DNA of 64,000 bases, from contig JBEUKZ010000058.1 in assembly GCA_048128005.1 (NCBI GenBank), positions 1 to 64,000 on the forward strand. The letters are read 5' to 3'. The position numbers and the translations under genes were made by a program. Source of the stretch: Veleropilina oligotropha. Its lineage: Eukaryota. Shown here in pieces: positions 23,431-32,459 of this stretch (within the stretch, counting starts at the first letter, position 1; every line of letters begins with the position of its first letter). The notes below the pieces were generated by a model that saw nothing but the letters and a program-made list of their open reading frames with translations, was not told the DNA's origin and made no database searches.

Positions 23431-26400
23431 ATGCCTCTCATCAGTGGACTGCGTAATTTAGCGAAAGATTATGGGATTCCCGCTCGGTCGAAGCTCAAGA
23501 AGCACGACCTCGTCAGGGCAATCGCCAGGGTCCGTGCTGCGGAGTTTCGGAGCAGACTCGAGCGGGCGATGAAAACGGGAAGGTTCCCCTCCATACGTGG
23601 AGATGTGGAGAACCCCCACAAAAGAGGCCGACGTGCTCGCGAGTTGCGGCAGATTAAGGACGAGGTCGACGCCGCCCTGCAGGCTCGTAAATACGAATCC
23701 CAGGCTGAGAAAAAGCCCGAGATACGACAGAAGCCACTTCGTAACATCGCGGATCGAATCGTCAAGCCACACCTGCACGGTCTGACTAGGTCTCGGAAAG
23801 AGACCCTTGCGGGGGCTATTGCTCAGAAGGGGCCCGATATTCTGAGAGATCACTTAGCCTCGCTCTCCAAAAAGCCCCGGACAGCCCAGGACTACCAGAA
23901 TGATCTACTAGGGCTGTTTACCACAACAGAGGGGCAACGATTCATCGACCTGGATGACCAGGTCCCTCCCCCTGTAAGGCTCCCAGCAAAAGAGCCATGG
24001 GTGGAACTCTTGAGCGATGCCAAAGACGAGTTTGAGGTCGATGGCGCCGCGGCGGCCTTCTCCACATGGAGGATAGAAGTGGCTGGACGGCTGGCCCTGG
24101 ATGCCCGTATGACAGATGCAAGGGCGGCACAGCTCCTCACAGCCCTTCCCAAGGGTGAGTTTCTCCTGAGGATAAAGTTCTTGCGGGAGTGGGGTGAAGG
24201 CGACTGGGTGGTCGAAGACAAGTTTGACCCGGTGAAGGCTGCGAGGAAGAAGGGCCAGGGTGTCGTTGAGATCTCTCAGGACACTAAGCCAGGTGCTATC
24301 ACTGGGGTCGACAAAGCCTACTACGAGAACGCCTACCCGGTTACTGCAGTCGTCTACGGCGTCTATCCTCTCAGAGAACCAAACCCCGCCAACCTGGTTC
24401 CAATGAAGAACGGCGATCTCAACTGCGTTGCCCAGAGAGTGGTTGAGCACTTCGAAGGTGCCCTTAGAGGAAACGGACTCACCCCGACAAGGCGGCAGAA
24501 AATACAGGAGTGGGAAGAGCGAGTCCACGTAACAGGCGCCACTGTGGATGATATATCCATCCTCGAGAAGATACTGAAACGGGCGATCATCGTGCGAGAC
24601 ATCGCAGGTGCCGACATCTACAACAGTGGTAAATACCGTGGTCAAGGAAACCATACATTCAGAAACGTAGAACTCATCTGTCACAACGGCCACGCCTGGT
24701 CGAAGGACCTACACTTCCCGCAAAGTAGAGAGGTCCACCTGTATGAGGGCGATGTCTGGGAAGCTATTCGACAAGCCACACAGAATGAGCCAATGGCTGT
24801 CTGGCTCCTAGGCGGTAAAGACCGACAGCTCGGCGTGGACCAGTTCGTGCTGCAAGACGGTCGCACGTACAGGACACAAGATGATCACGAGAGACTCCAG
24901 GAAGCCTGTACAGCGCTGGGGAATGAGTCCCTTGCCGAGAGAGCCTTTGGCGTGAACCATGCAGCTAGCATTATGGCCAAAGAGAAGAACGGCTGGAAAC
25001 CCACCCCAGCGAGCCTGCTCGATGACGTCCAGAAGGCCTGCGTGGAGCACGGTCATGGTGGCCTGTGGAATTCCATGAACTATGATACGGGCGATGTCTG
25101 CTGCATCGATATGAAAGCCTGCTACCCTGCTAGCTTTCTGGGGCAGGGCGAGGCCAAGCCGTATTTCGAAAGATTCGGACACCCAACCCACAGCATGACG
25201 CGGGTCGCAATTAATGGTCCTCTTCCCCAAGAAATCGGTACTGGGTTTGCTGAGGTCGTGGAATGGGAGTTCGCGGAAGACATCCACCCCGTCATACCCG
25301 CATGGTTCGGCAAGCACTTTGCAGAGAATGGTTGGGCACCCACTGCGCTGCTCGCCTACCTCGTAGAGTCTGGACTGCTAAAGAGCCTCAAGATCCGAGA
25401 AGCTATCATCACATTCAGAAAGCAACTCGAGGTCTGGCTTCCTGAGAACCGTGACCAGGGCTGCAGCATTATCGGCAAATTCACTCAAGGCGCCAAAGCT
25501 GATGGCAAAAGATTGACACGGAGGCTTGTGATTGACCAGGGTGAGCTCGACTTCCTCGTAAGAGACACCCGCCAAAGCGGCACCCTGGTTGGCGCTCCTC
25601 AAAGGTGCCCTATGGGGCACATCCTCACGTACTATGATGGCTCCCAGCCTCAGTACGCCCACCTGAGGGCGTCCATGTTGGCCTATGCCCACATAAACCT
25701 CTTGAGCATGCTTCAGCGTTTCAGTGCAGCAGAAGCCGTCCGAGTAGCCACTGACAGCATCTACCTCAAGAAGGCCTCGTTGGAGAAGCTCGACGATGTC
25801 ACGGTGTACGTTGCCCCCAGACTCTGCGGCTGTCGCAGCCAATCGTGCATCTCATGTCTGATCACGGAGCCGTACCTTCCGACAGTAGCACCAGCCCAGT
25901 GGCGTGACAAGGGCGAACAGCTGTATATGCCACAGGAACATGCCGCATACCTACCCAAGCCAGAGTATTGTTGTGCCGCCAATTCCAGCCAGCCGAGCAC
26001 CGCGCCATGCTACAATGACACACTGACCCACCATCGCCTGAGTTACCTCAACGGTGGAGGGGGCTGTGGCAAGACTACGAGAGCGATCGAGCTCTTTCGG
26101 GCAAGGAATCCCGTCGTGTTCACACCAACCCACCGCCTCGCTAAAGAGATGCGGACCAGAGGCGTCAAAGCCCAGACCTACCACAGCTTCTTCCGATGGA
26201 GCGGCCAGAATGACTGGACGCCTGACCGCATGGGTCAGAAGTTCATCCCGCGCGTCATTATCTGGGACGAGGTCTGTACTGTTCCCCGGGCTATTCTAGA
26301 GATGTTCTTGGACTGGCTGGGCCGCCACGAAGTGCAGGTTATCTGCTGTGGTGATCAAGGCCAGCCACCACCGATTACGGGCGAGATGCCGCACGATTGG

Positions 26401-27330
26401 CTGCGAAAGACCGCGGACTACTATGAAGAGATCGAAGTAGACTACAGGGCGAAAGACGACCCTGCCCTCCAAGCCCTGAAAAGACGTATCCGTCTCCAGC
26501 CCGACAAAGTCCAGTGCGACGAGATGCGACGGACCCTCCCCAGCTGCCTCGGATGGGACCGGTTCGTCAACACCTGGAAGCCAGGCGACCTAATCCTCAC
26601 AAGCCGTCAGAAGGTCCGCGAACGGGCTCAAGAGCTGTTGCTCTTGAGGCACAAGGAGCACTTCCCAGACTCCATGGTGCCTATCCTGTACCACCCCAGG
26701 GACAGCAGAAAACAGAACATCATGGTAACCATTCCGGGCACCAGCGACAGAGAGGAGCTAGTTCTGAACGACGTCGTCGAGGTCACCATTGAGGCCGCTG
26801 AGCGGGCTATCCTGACCCCGGATTGGCGCCTGGGCTATGCTCTCACCATCCATTCGAGCCAGGGTCTTACGATTCACGACCCACAGAAAGTCTGGATCAT
26901 CGACGACTACCTTCAGTGGAGTAATCTCGCCTACCTAGCCGTGTCCCGGGTGGAGCTGCTGCGTCAGCTCGAACGGGTAACCTGTCCACCGGATGAGGGT
27001 TCTGAGGACAGGCCCCCCCAAGCGCCCCAAACCGAGCAACAGCTCCGAAAGACCATCCAGAAAAAGCTTGTGGCGTACAAACGCCAGGACCAGGCAACGG
27101 GACTCCCGGGGTTTAACCTCAAGGTCGACGACATCCTGCGGCTCAGCGAGGCCCAAAACAACCGCTGCGCAGCATGCAACATAGAGCTGCTCTGGGCATA
27201 TTCCCCGAAGGACACACAGCAGTTCAGTGTCGACCGTGTGGACAACAGCAGGGGCCACACCCGCGACAACGTGCGCTTAACGTGTCTGGAATGTAACCGG
27301 AAACGAGGATTTGCGGTTGTTAACGCCTGA
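23431..27330 (+). CDS. Multidomain replication protein: HEH/Rho-N motif + divergent family-B DNA polymerase + SF1 (RecD/Pif1/Dda-like) helicase + HNH endonuclease
   Basis: LRNLAKDYGIPARSKLKKHDLVRAI. PolB-like motifs A IDMKACYP, B CSIIGKF, C VATDSIY. Helicase motifs GGGGCGKT, IIWDE, GDQGQPPP, YALTIHSSQGLT, YLAVSR. HNH CAAC...SVDRVDNSRGHTRDNVRLTCLECN. First ATG at 23431. Confidence 0.88.
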   Translation: MPLISGLRNLAKDYGIPARSKLKKHDLVRAIARVRAAEFRSRLERAMKTGRFPSIRGDVENPHKRGRRARELRQIKDEVDAALQARKYESQAEKKPEIRQKPLRNIADRIVKPHLHGLTRSRKETLAGAIAQKGPDILRDHLASLSKKPRTAQDYQNDLLGLFTTTEGQRFIDLDDQVPPPVRLPAKEPWVELLSDAKDEFEVDGAAAAFSTWRIEVAGRLALDARMTDARAAQLLTALPKGEFLLRIKFLREWGEGDWVVEDKFDPVKAARKKGQGVVEISQDTKPGAITGVDKAYYENAYPVTAVVYGVYPLREPNPANLVPMKNGDLNCVAQRVVEHFEGALRGNGLTPTRRQKIQEWEERVHVTGATVDDISILEKILKRAIIVRDIAGADIYNSGKYRGQGNHTFRNVELICHNGHAWSKDLHFPQSREVHLYEGDVWEAIRQATQNEPMAVWLLGGKDRQLGVDQFVLQDGRTYRTQDDHERLQEACTALGNESLAERAFGVNHAASIMAKEKNGWKPTPASLLDDVQKACVEHGHGGLWNSMNYDTGDVCCIDMKACYPASFLGQGEAKPYFERFGHPTHSMTRVAINGPLPQEIGTGFAEVVEWEFAEDIHPVIPAWFGKHFAENGWAPTALLAYLVESGLLKSLKIREAIITFRKQLEVWLPENRDQGCSIIGKFTQGAKADGKRLTRRLVIDQGELDFLVRDTRQSGTLVGAPQRCPMGHILTYYDGSQPQYAHLRASMLAYAHINLLSMLQRFSAAEAVRVATDSIYLKKASLEKLDDVTVYVAPRLCGCRSQSCISCLITEPYLPTVAPAQWRDKGEQLYMPQEHAAYLPKPEYCCAANSSQPSTAPCYNDTLTHHRLSYLNGGGGCGKTTRAIELFRARNPVVFTPTHRLAKEMRTRGVKAQTYHSFFRWSGQNDWTPDRMGQKFIPRVIIWDEVCTVPRAILEMFLDWLGRHEVQVICCGDQGQPPPITGEMPHDWLRKTADYYEEIEVDYRAKDDPALQALKRRIRLQPDKVQCDEMRRTLPSCLGWDRFVNTWKPGDLILTSRQKVRERAQELLLLRHKEHFPDSMVPILYHPRDSRKQNIMVTIPGTSDREELVLNDVVEVTIEAAERAILTPDWRLGYALTIHSSQGLTIHDPQKVWIIDDYLQWSNLAYLAVSRVELLRQLERVTCPPDEGSEDRPPQAPQTEQQLRKTIQKKLVAYKRQDQATGLPGFNLKVDDILRLSEAQNNRCAACNIELLWAYSPKDTQQFSVDRVDNSRGHTRDNVRLTCLECNRKRGFAVVNA

Positions 27331-28318
27331 GAACCGGCGGCAGCTGGGTATCACGAGGCACCACGAGAAGTTCCTCACGAACGAAGCCACGCGGTGGTCC
27401 ATCCAGCAAGTAGTAGAGCACAGGCTCGTCAGGCTTAGTGACGGAGCGTCCAAGCCTGTAAACCTTTAGAGACCACACCGGGTCAGTAGCACGGCGATGA
27501 CCCCCCTCCAGCTCACCATCGTAGTAAAGGTAGCGAACATCTACGTCAGAGGGGAGTTTCTGTTCCTTCCCCTGTCGGCCTGGAACAGTGGCGCCTGGCT
27601 TTTGGGCAACGCGAGGTGCCTTGATGGCGTCCTTGGGCTTTTTACCGGTCAGCCTGGTCACTTCCCCATTCAACGCCGCAACTACAGCTGCTAACCGGGC
27701 GACCCACTCAGTTGACCTTTGACCCTCTTTCGCAGACTCTGCAAACCGCATCTCTGTTGCATACTGGTGCCCGAAGAGCCGCTCAGCGAGCGTCCGGTTG
27801 AAGCGCTCCACAATGCCCTGATCGCGATGGATATCCACACGGCCACGCCTAACCTCGACATTATTCTTTGCCAGCAGCTGGGAGACCGCGCCCATAAACT
27901 CTCGCCCTGGATCGACTTGAAGCAGTTTCGGCCAGCCAAGAGGACTCCGCCTGTAGATTCGAGACAGAGCTTCAGCAACCCCTTTGGCCTCTTTTGTGGC
28001 CAGAGGCTCAGCTTCTTTAAAGCGACTGGCCACATCAACCACAGTCAAAGCGTACTTATAGGTCTTGTGTCTGACCTTGTCATGGGGGAGAAACAGGAGG
28101 TCGGCTTGGTGAACCTCGTTTGGCGTTACGACGTCGAATTTTGGTCTTGGAATCCGCCGTGGCGCAGGTAAATAGATCTGCCATATAGCCTGCCTCTTAA
28201 GCCATGTCCGGGCCTCCACTTCAGACGCCTTGGCAGCGTCAGCTAGTTTCTTTATCGCGGCAATGCCTTTCCAGTAGCCCTTAGGGCTGTAGTACATCCT
28301 CGCAAGCTTACTATCCAT
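27320..28318 (-). CDS. Retroviral-type (rve, DDE) integrase
   Basis: HQADL...YALTVVDVASRF...LQVDPGREF...QGIVERFNRTL with an intact D-D-E triad; Polinton-like N-terminus MYYSPKGY. ATG at 28318. Confidence 0.93.
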   Translation of the reverse strand: MDSKLARMYYSPKGYWKGIAAIKKLADAAKASEVEARTWLKRQAIWQIYLPAPRRIPRPKFDVVTPNEVHQADLLFLPHDKVRHKTYKYALTVVDVASRFKEAEPLATKEAKGVAEALSRIYRRSPLGWPKLLQVDPGREFMGAVSQLLAKNNVEVRRGRVDIHRDQGIVERFNRTLAERLFGHQYATEMRFAESAKEGQRSTEWVARLAAVVAALNGEVTRLTGKKPKDAIKAPRVAQKPGATVPGRQGKEQKLPSDVDVRYLYYDGELEGGHRRATDPVWSLKVYRLGRSVTKPDEPVLYYLLDGPPRGFVREELLVVPRDTQLPPVLRR

Positions 28319-28532
28319 CAGCAATGTATTCCAGTAAACTGATCAGTCTCCAACAGGCTTCAGCTTCCGGAGCCGGTCGCTGCGCAGTCGTCGCCCGTAG
28401 GTTGGTCGGGCCCGAGAGCACCAGGACCGCGAACCGCACCATAGTCTTTTCGTCGCGGCGCCAGCAGTCGAGTAACGTAGTACTATAGCCGACCGCAAGC
28501 ATAGCGCAGTACAGCTCTTCTGGGAGCCCCAT
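28311..28532 (-). CDS. Hypothetical 73-aa protein of the element
   Basis: ATG (MGLPEELY...) fills the gap between neighbouring genes; its stop overlaps the start of the integrase. Confidence 0.5.
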   Translation of the reverse strand: MGLPEELYCAMLAVGYSTTLLDCWRRDEKTMVRFAVLVLSGPTNLRATTAQRPAPEAEACWRLISLLEYIADG

Positions 28533-28572
28533 TACTATACATGCCCACGAAAAAAATGTCCACTGGAAATAA

Positions 28573-29001
28573 TTAGGCGAGCTTGTAGGCGACCAACCCA
28601 GTCGCAGCCATCCCGAGGATGATGAAGGTGATCTCACGTCCCTTCTGGGCATCGCTCGGTGTGTAGTAGTCAGACAGGGCGGGCTCAGGGCCACCCCCCA
28701 GGTCGGGGTCAAGGTTCTTGCCGGTGATCAATGCATACTCACGGATCGCGGCGTCAACATCCCGGAATGTGCCAACGGCATGACCCTGGCGGCGAAGTTC
28801 AACGTTCAGCCAGTCGAGACGCTCTGCCCTCTGTTGTGACCATTTAGTCTGAGCAGCGTTGAGCTGTTCTACAGCAATGTCGTGGCGTTTACGCTCCGCA
28901 TCGACACCGGAGCTGCGTAGCTTCGAGAAGAGGAAGTTGGAGCCGCTGAAGGCGAGGGCGTTGACGAGAGCGCCCCCAACCAGCATCGCAATGGAAGCCA
29001 T
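28573..29001 (-). CDS. Small membrane protein (N- and C-terminal hydrophobic helices, central coiled coil)
   Basis: MASIAMLVGGALVNALAFSGSNFLF...EITFIILGMAATGLVAYKLA; ATG at 29001. Confidence 0.8.
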   Translation of the reverse strand: MASIAMLVGGALVNALAFSGSNFLFSKLRSSGVDAERKRHDIAVEQLNAAQTKWSQQRAERLDWLNVELRRQGHAVGTFRDVDAAIREYALITGKNLDPDLGGGPEPALSDYYTPSDAQKGREITFIILGMAATGLVAYKLA

Positions 29002-29032
29002 TGAAATGCTGCGATTATCTAGCAAGGTCCCA

Positions 29033-29272
29033 CTACTTCAATATATCGGCCGGAATGATGCCTTGCTTGATCAGCATGTCTTTCGTCGCCATGGCGAGCG
29101 ATACGTCGAGGACGACCATCCCGACATCGTACCCCGTGAAGTCCAGTTTGGGGCTCGCTCCCTTGAATACCATCTTTGTCAGGCGTGCGTAGCCTATGGC
29201 GAGGCCTGACACTATAGCGGCGTGGTATACAGCGTTGCCGAGCATCTTTCCATCAGTGATTGGGGTAGTCAT
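29033..29272 (-). CDS. Small hydrophobic 79-aa protein
   Basis: Two moderately hydrophobic helices; packed in tandem with its neighbours. Confidence 0.75.
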   Translation of the reverse strand: MTTPITDGKMLGNAVYHAAIVSGLAIGYARLTKMVFKGASPKLDFTGYDVGMVVLDVSLAMATKDMLIKQGIIPADILK

Positions 29273-29308
29273 AACTGTTGAGTACTATAGAAATGCTACC
29301 GTTTGCGA

Positions 29309-29800
29309 CTATTGCATATGAAAAGGGTTCTGCTTCTTCAATTCGATAGTGGGGGCGGCCCGAGAGCACCGAGCGTCCGCGTCTGGTGGCTGTTGATGTG
29401 GTGTGGATGGACCGGGGTTGCTGCGTTCTGAGGACGTCTTCCAGACAACAAATACCAACGCAACCGTACCGGCAGCGACGGCTACCTGGGTCCAATTAAA
29501 TGGGTCCGATTTCCGTGTATCTGGCGCACACGGTCTTTCTGCGGCTGGAACCGCCTCCCCGGGCTGTTCTGATGGAACGACAACACTTGTTGGGGCACTC
29601 AGGTCTTCTTTCATTTTTCGAACCGTGGCCAGTAGCTTCTCCTGCTTGGCTTTTCGAGCAGCAGCGCCGGCCCGACCTGCAGCCACTTTTTTCGGGTCCT
29701 TTTTACTCACTGATGAGTCCGTCGAAGAAGTCACCCTCTCTATCGGCTGGCTCTCGATCGGCTGTCTCTCGATCACTTGGTCCACTTCCGGCGTTGTCAT
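29309..29800 (-). CDS. Basic, membrane-anchored protein (possible DNA-binding core protein)
   Basis: KKDPKKVAAGRAGAAARKAKQE basic helix and a TM segment VAVAAGTVALVFVVW; probable ATG at 29800 (alternative 29830). Confidence 0.7.
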   Translation of the reverse strand: MTTPEVDQVIERQPIESQPIERVTSSTDSSVSKKDPKKVAAGRAGAAARKAKQEKLLATVRKMKEDLSAPTSVVVPSEQPGEAVPAAERPCAPDTRKSDPFNWTQVAVAAGTVALVFVVWKTSSERSNPGPSTPHQQPPDADARCSRAAPTIELKKQNPFHMQ

Positions 29801-30464
29801 CTTGATCTGGTATCTTAGGCGGGCAAACATGTCCAAATTGGCAGTGCTTAGCCGTGGTCAACGCTGCGGTCAGCGGTGCGAGGTACATGCCATATTTATA
29901 ATACAGCTCACAGCTTGCAGTGGTCAGGGCATGTGAGATGAACGGGTCGGCCTCGAGGTCAGCGATCAGTCGTAGCTGGTTTGCTGGTGGAATGGGCAGG
30001 AACATCCCAGCTGCACCCGCATACAGCTGTATAGCAGCGGCCCCGAGGGTCTTCGTCATGTCAGCACCTAGCTTCGCTTCATACCGTGCGTGGTGTTTCT
30101 CAACCTCGTCGTCAGTCATATCGTCGATTCGGTCCACTGTGAGGTTACGCCCCATGTATCGGTGGGCCTGTCCTCCAACGGCTAATGCTGCAAGCCTCTC
30201 CCGTTTCTTTGCCATCCCTATGGAGCCAGTTTCAGGTTCCTCGTGCTGCGAGCAGCGTTTGGTCGTCGAGCGGGGTGAGCTGCTGCTCACGGTCATTTCT
30301 TCCTCGTCATCCATGAGTTGATCGATGAGGCTGTCCATCCTTAAGCGTTTCCAACATCTCCTCGCCAGTCTAATATAGCGATAATGCCAATACCACAACG
30401 TTACGAGTAGCAACAAGATCAGGCCCTGGCTGAAAGCAAAAGCTATGTATACCGCGTCCGACAT
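29703..30464 (-). CDS. Hypothetical protein of the element (N-terminal hydrophobic segment)
   Basis: 253-aa ORF co-oriented with the structural block; the true start may be the internal MDSLIDQ. Confidence 0.7.
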   Translation of the reverse strand: MSDAVYIAFAFSQGLILLLLVTLWYWHYRYIRLARRCWKRLRMDSLIDQLMDDEEEMTVSSSSPRSTTKRCSQHEEPETGSIGMAKKRERLAALAVGGQAHRYMGRNLTVDRIDDMTDDEVEKHHARYEAKLGADMTKTLGAAAIQLYAGAAGMFLPIPPANQLRLIADLEADPFISHALTTASCELYYKYGMYLAPLTAALTTAKHCQFGHVCPPKIPDQDDNAGSGPSDRETADREPADREGDFFDGLISE

Positions 30465-30517
30465 GCCTAGCTAGCTAAGTAGCTGCTAAGTAGATGTTAG
30501 GGCTAGCCAAGTAGCTG

Positions 30518-31150
30518 CTACAGCACACTATAAGCAACGGGCTGATCAGTTTTCAACAGAAGCTTAGCGTGTCGTGTCTCGGCCAACAGCCGGCGAACCT
30601 CGGTCCGTTCATCCTGCGACGGGATTACATCGTTCTCGCGCAGACAGTCCTCGAAACTGTCGCGGTCCTTGCAATGGAACAGCGCGACCCAGCGGGTCTG
30701 CTCTCTGAGCTCCTTCAAGACCGAGTTGTACTTTTGCGTCACTACCCATACGCTCTGGGAAGCATGCCTGCCGCTGAAGGCCAACAAAGTCAGCATGTCC
30801 CTCCTCTTTGCCATAGCCTTGCTCGCGGCGCAGTCGTCGATGATATATAAAGTTGATTCCCCCTGAAACAGTCGGTAGAACCCCCGCAGCCAGTCATGGA
30901 GTCGCTCACCCGGGGGGACTAAATACACCTCAGGGTCGGTCCAGATCCACGGACAAGACTGGTATGCTTTGTTGTACTTGATCGTGGGGCAGAGGACCAC
31001 GATATGCCGGAAGACGCCTCGATACTCCCCCTCCAGCAGTTCAAGCATGAAAACCGTCTTCCCACAGCCCGTCTGGCCGCAGATGATTGCGGAGTGGGGG
31101 TCCTTGGTGTGCGGAAATCGTTTAGTACAGTGCTTCGACGAATCGGCCAT
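30518..31150 (-). CDS. A32/FtsK-HerA family genome-packaging ATPase
   Basis: Walker A GQTGCGKT, Walker B LYIIDD, arginine-finger motif SGRH followed by VVTQKY. Confidence 0.93.
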   Translation of the reverse strand: MADSSKHCTKRFPHTKDPHSAIICGQTGCGKTVFMLELLEGEYRGVFRHIVVLCPTIKYNKAYQSCPWIWTDPEVYLVPPGERLHDWLRGFYRLFQGESTLYIIDDCAASKAMAKRRDMLTLLAFSGRHASQSVWVVTQKYNSVLKELREQTRWVALFHCKDRDSFEDCLRENDVIPSQDERTEVRRLLAETRHAKLLLKTDQPVAYSVL

Positions 31151-32423
31151 TCTCGATATTCAGCTGTGCGTCCATGATCACGAACTCGTAGACGTTCAGT
31201 GGACCGGCCGCTTCGGCTGTTTTAGTGATCTGAATAGTAATGCCTTCGCTGGCGTTCTCGACCCTCCGGCCTGACCCGTGCAACTGATCGTCGTCAGTTA
31301 CCCGCATATCGATCCAGAGCGCAAATTTCTTAGTCAGAAATTCGCCCAGGGTGACGTCTGCCATCTCCAAGTCCTTTGCGACCATCGCGACCTCAGGATG
31401 CCGCTTGCTGCAGCCGGAGGCGAACATTTTCTTGGCTTCTTCCCAGATCTGGTATGTTCGCATGCCCTGGCTGTAGATTTGATTCGGGACACCCTCGATT
31501 GTGACCTCGACCTTTGTGATCTTCGGATTATAGAAGGCCTCAGTATCGCGAGAGAATGGCGCGGCGTCTCTCGCAGGGTCCTCGAACAACAGTAGTATTC
31601 CTTTCATCGACCTCGCCGGTACGTTCACATTCATATTCCACAACGAGTCGCTCTTGTCTAGGGTGAGCTTCCGATGCCGGAGAACACGGTCGTACAGGAT
31701 TACGAGTTGACCCTGGTATTGATTTCGAATCCGTCTGGCAAGCTCGGATTGGGTTACCATGTCATATTCGAGGGATATATTGTCGATGGAATAGCTGGAA
31801 CCGGAGTCGTCCGTCTCCCGGATAGTCCGGGAGTAGTCGTTGAACGTTAGCTCATACTCGAGACGGTCTCCAAGGGCGCTTTGATAGAATGGCATGTGAC
31901 TTTCCAACAGCTCGAAATCCAGCGGGATGCGGAATCGGTTACCGTACGCGGCCGCGACCGCGACATCCTCAGACAGTCTAAAGGCGTCTGCCGCACCAAC
32001 ACGATGCTTCGTAGTGTTGTGTCCATCGCTGGTATCAATCCCCTGGTACTGGGCGTTCTTGCGCTCCCCGGTGGTCTTCCAGAGATCGCAGTAGCAGTGG
32101 TACACGTCGGAGTCGTCAATCGACATGATCTCGTTTCCACTTATCTTTATCGTGGTCTTTCTGATCACGGCACGGCCGATATTTTGCACTACAGTCCTAT
32201 TCGCATTTACCGAGGTCAGAGAGATGGTAAATGCGAGGTGGGCAGTCCCTGGAACGATCACGTCATTCGCCCCGAGATTAGGGAACCGAACCAGGAGCTG
32301 CTGGTTCGGGGCAATCGTTGATGGATTGTTTGTAATCGTGACCGACTGGCGGATGCCCTTGACTGCGAGGGGCTCACGCAGCCTGCGGTATGGATTAAGC
32401 TTGCGTCCGTATACGCTAGTCAT
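31122..32423 (-). CDS. Putative double jelly-roll major capsid protein
   Basis: 433 aa from ATG 32423, beta-strand-rich pattern (LEYELTF, IDNISLEYDMV, KGILLLF, ITKVEVTIEG, FALWIDM, FVIMDAQLNIENG) resembling PLV/Polinton MCPs; adjacent to the packaging ATPase. Confidence 0.78.
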   Translation of the reverse strand: MTSVYGRKLNPYRRLREPLAVKGIRQSVTITNNPSTIAPNQQLLVRFPNLGANDVIVPGTAHLAFTISLTSVNANRTVVQNIGRAVIRKTTIKISGNEIMSIDDSDVYHCYCDLWKTTGERKNAQYQGIDTSDGHNTTKHRVGAADAFRLSEDVAVAAAYGNRFRIPLDFELLESHMPFYQSALGDRLEYELTFNDYSRTIRETDDSGSSYSIDNISLEYDMVTQSELARRIRNQYQGQLVILYDRVLRHRKLTLDKSDSLWNMNVNVPARSMKGILLLFEDPARDAAPFSRDTEAFYNPKITKVEVTIEGVPNQIYSQGMRTYQIWEEAKKMFASGCSKRHPEVAMVAKDLEMADVTLGEFLTKKFALWIDMRVTDDDQLHGSGRRVENASEGITIQITKTAEAAGPLNVYEFVIMDAQLNIENGRFVEALY

Positions 32424-32459
32424 GGCTGAATTAGATGCGTATCCCACTGATGTATTCAA

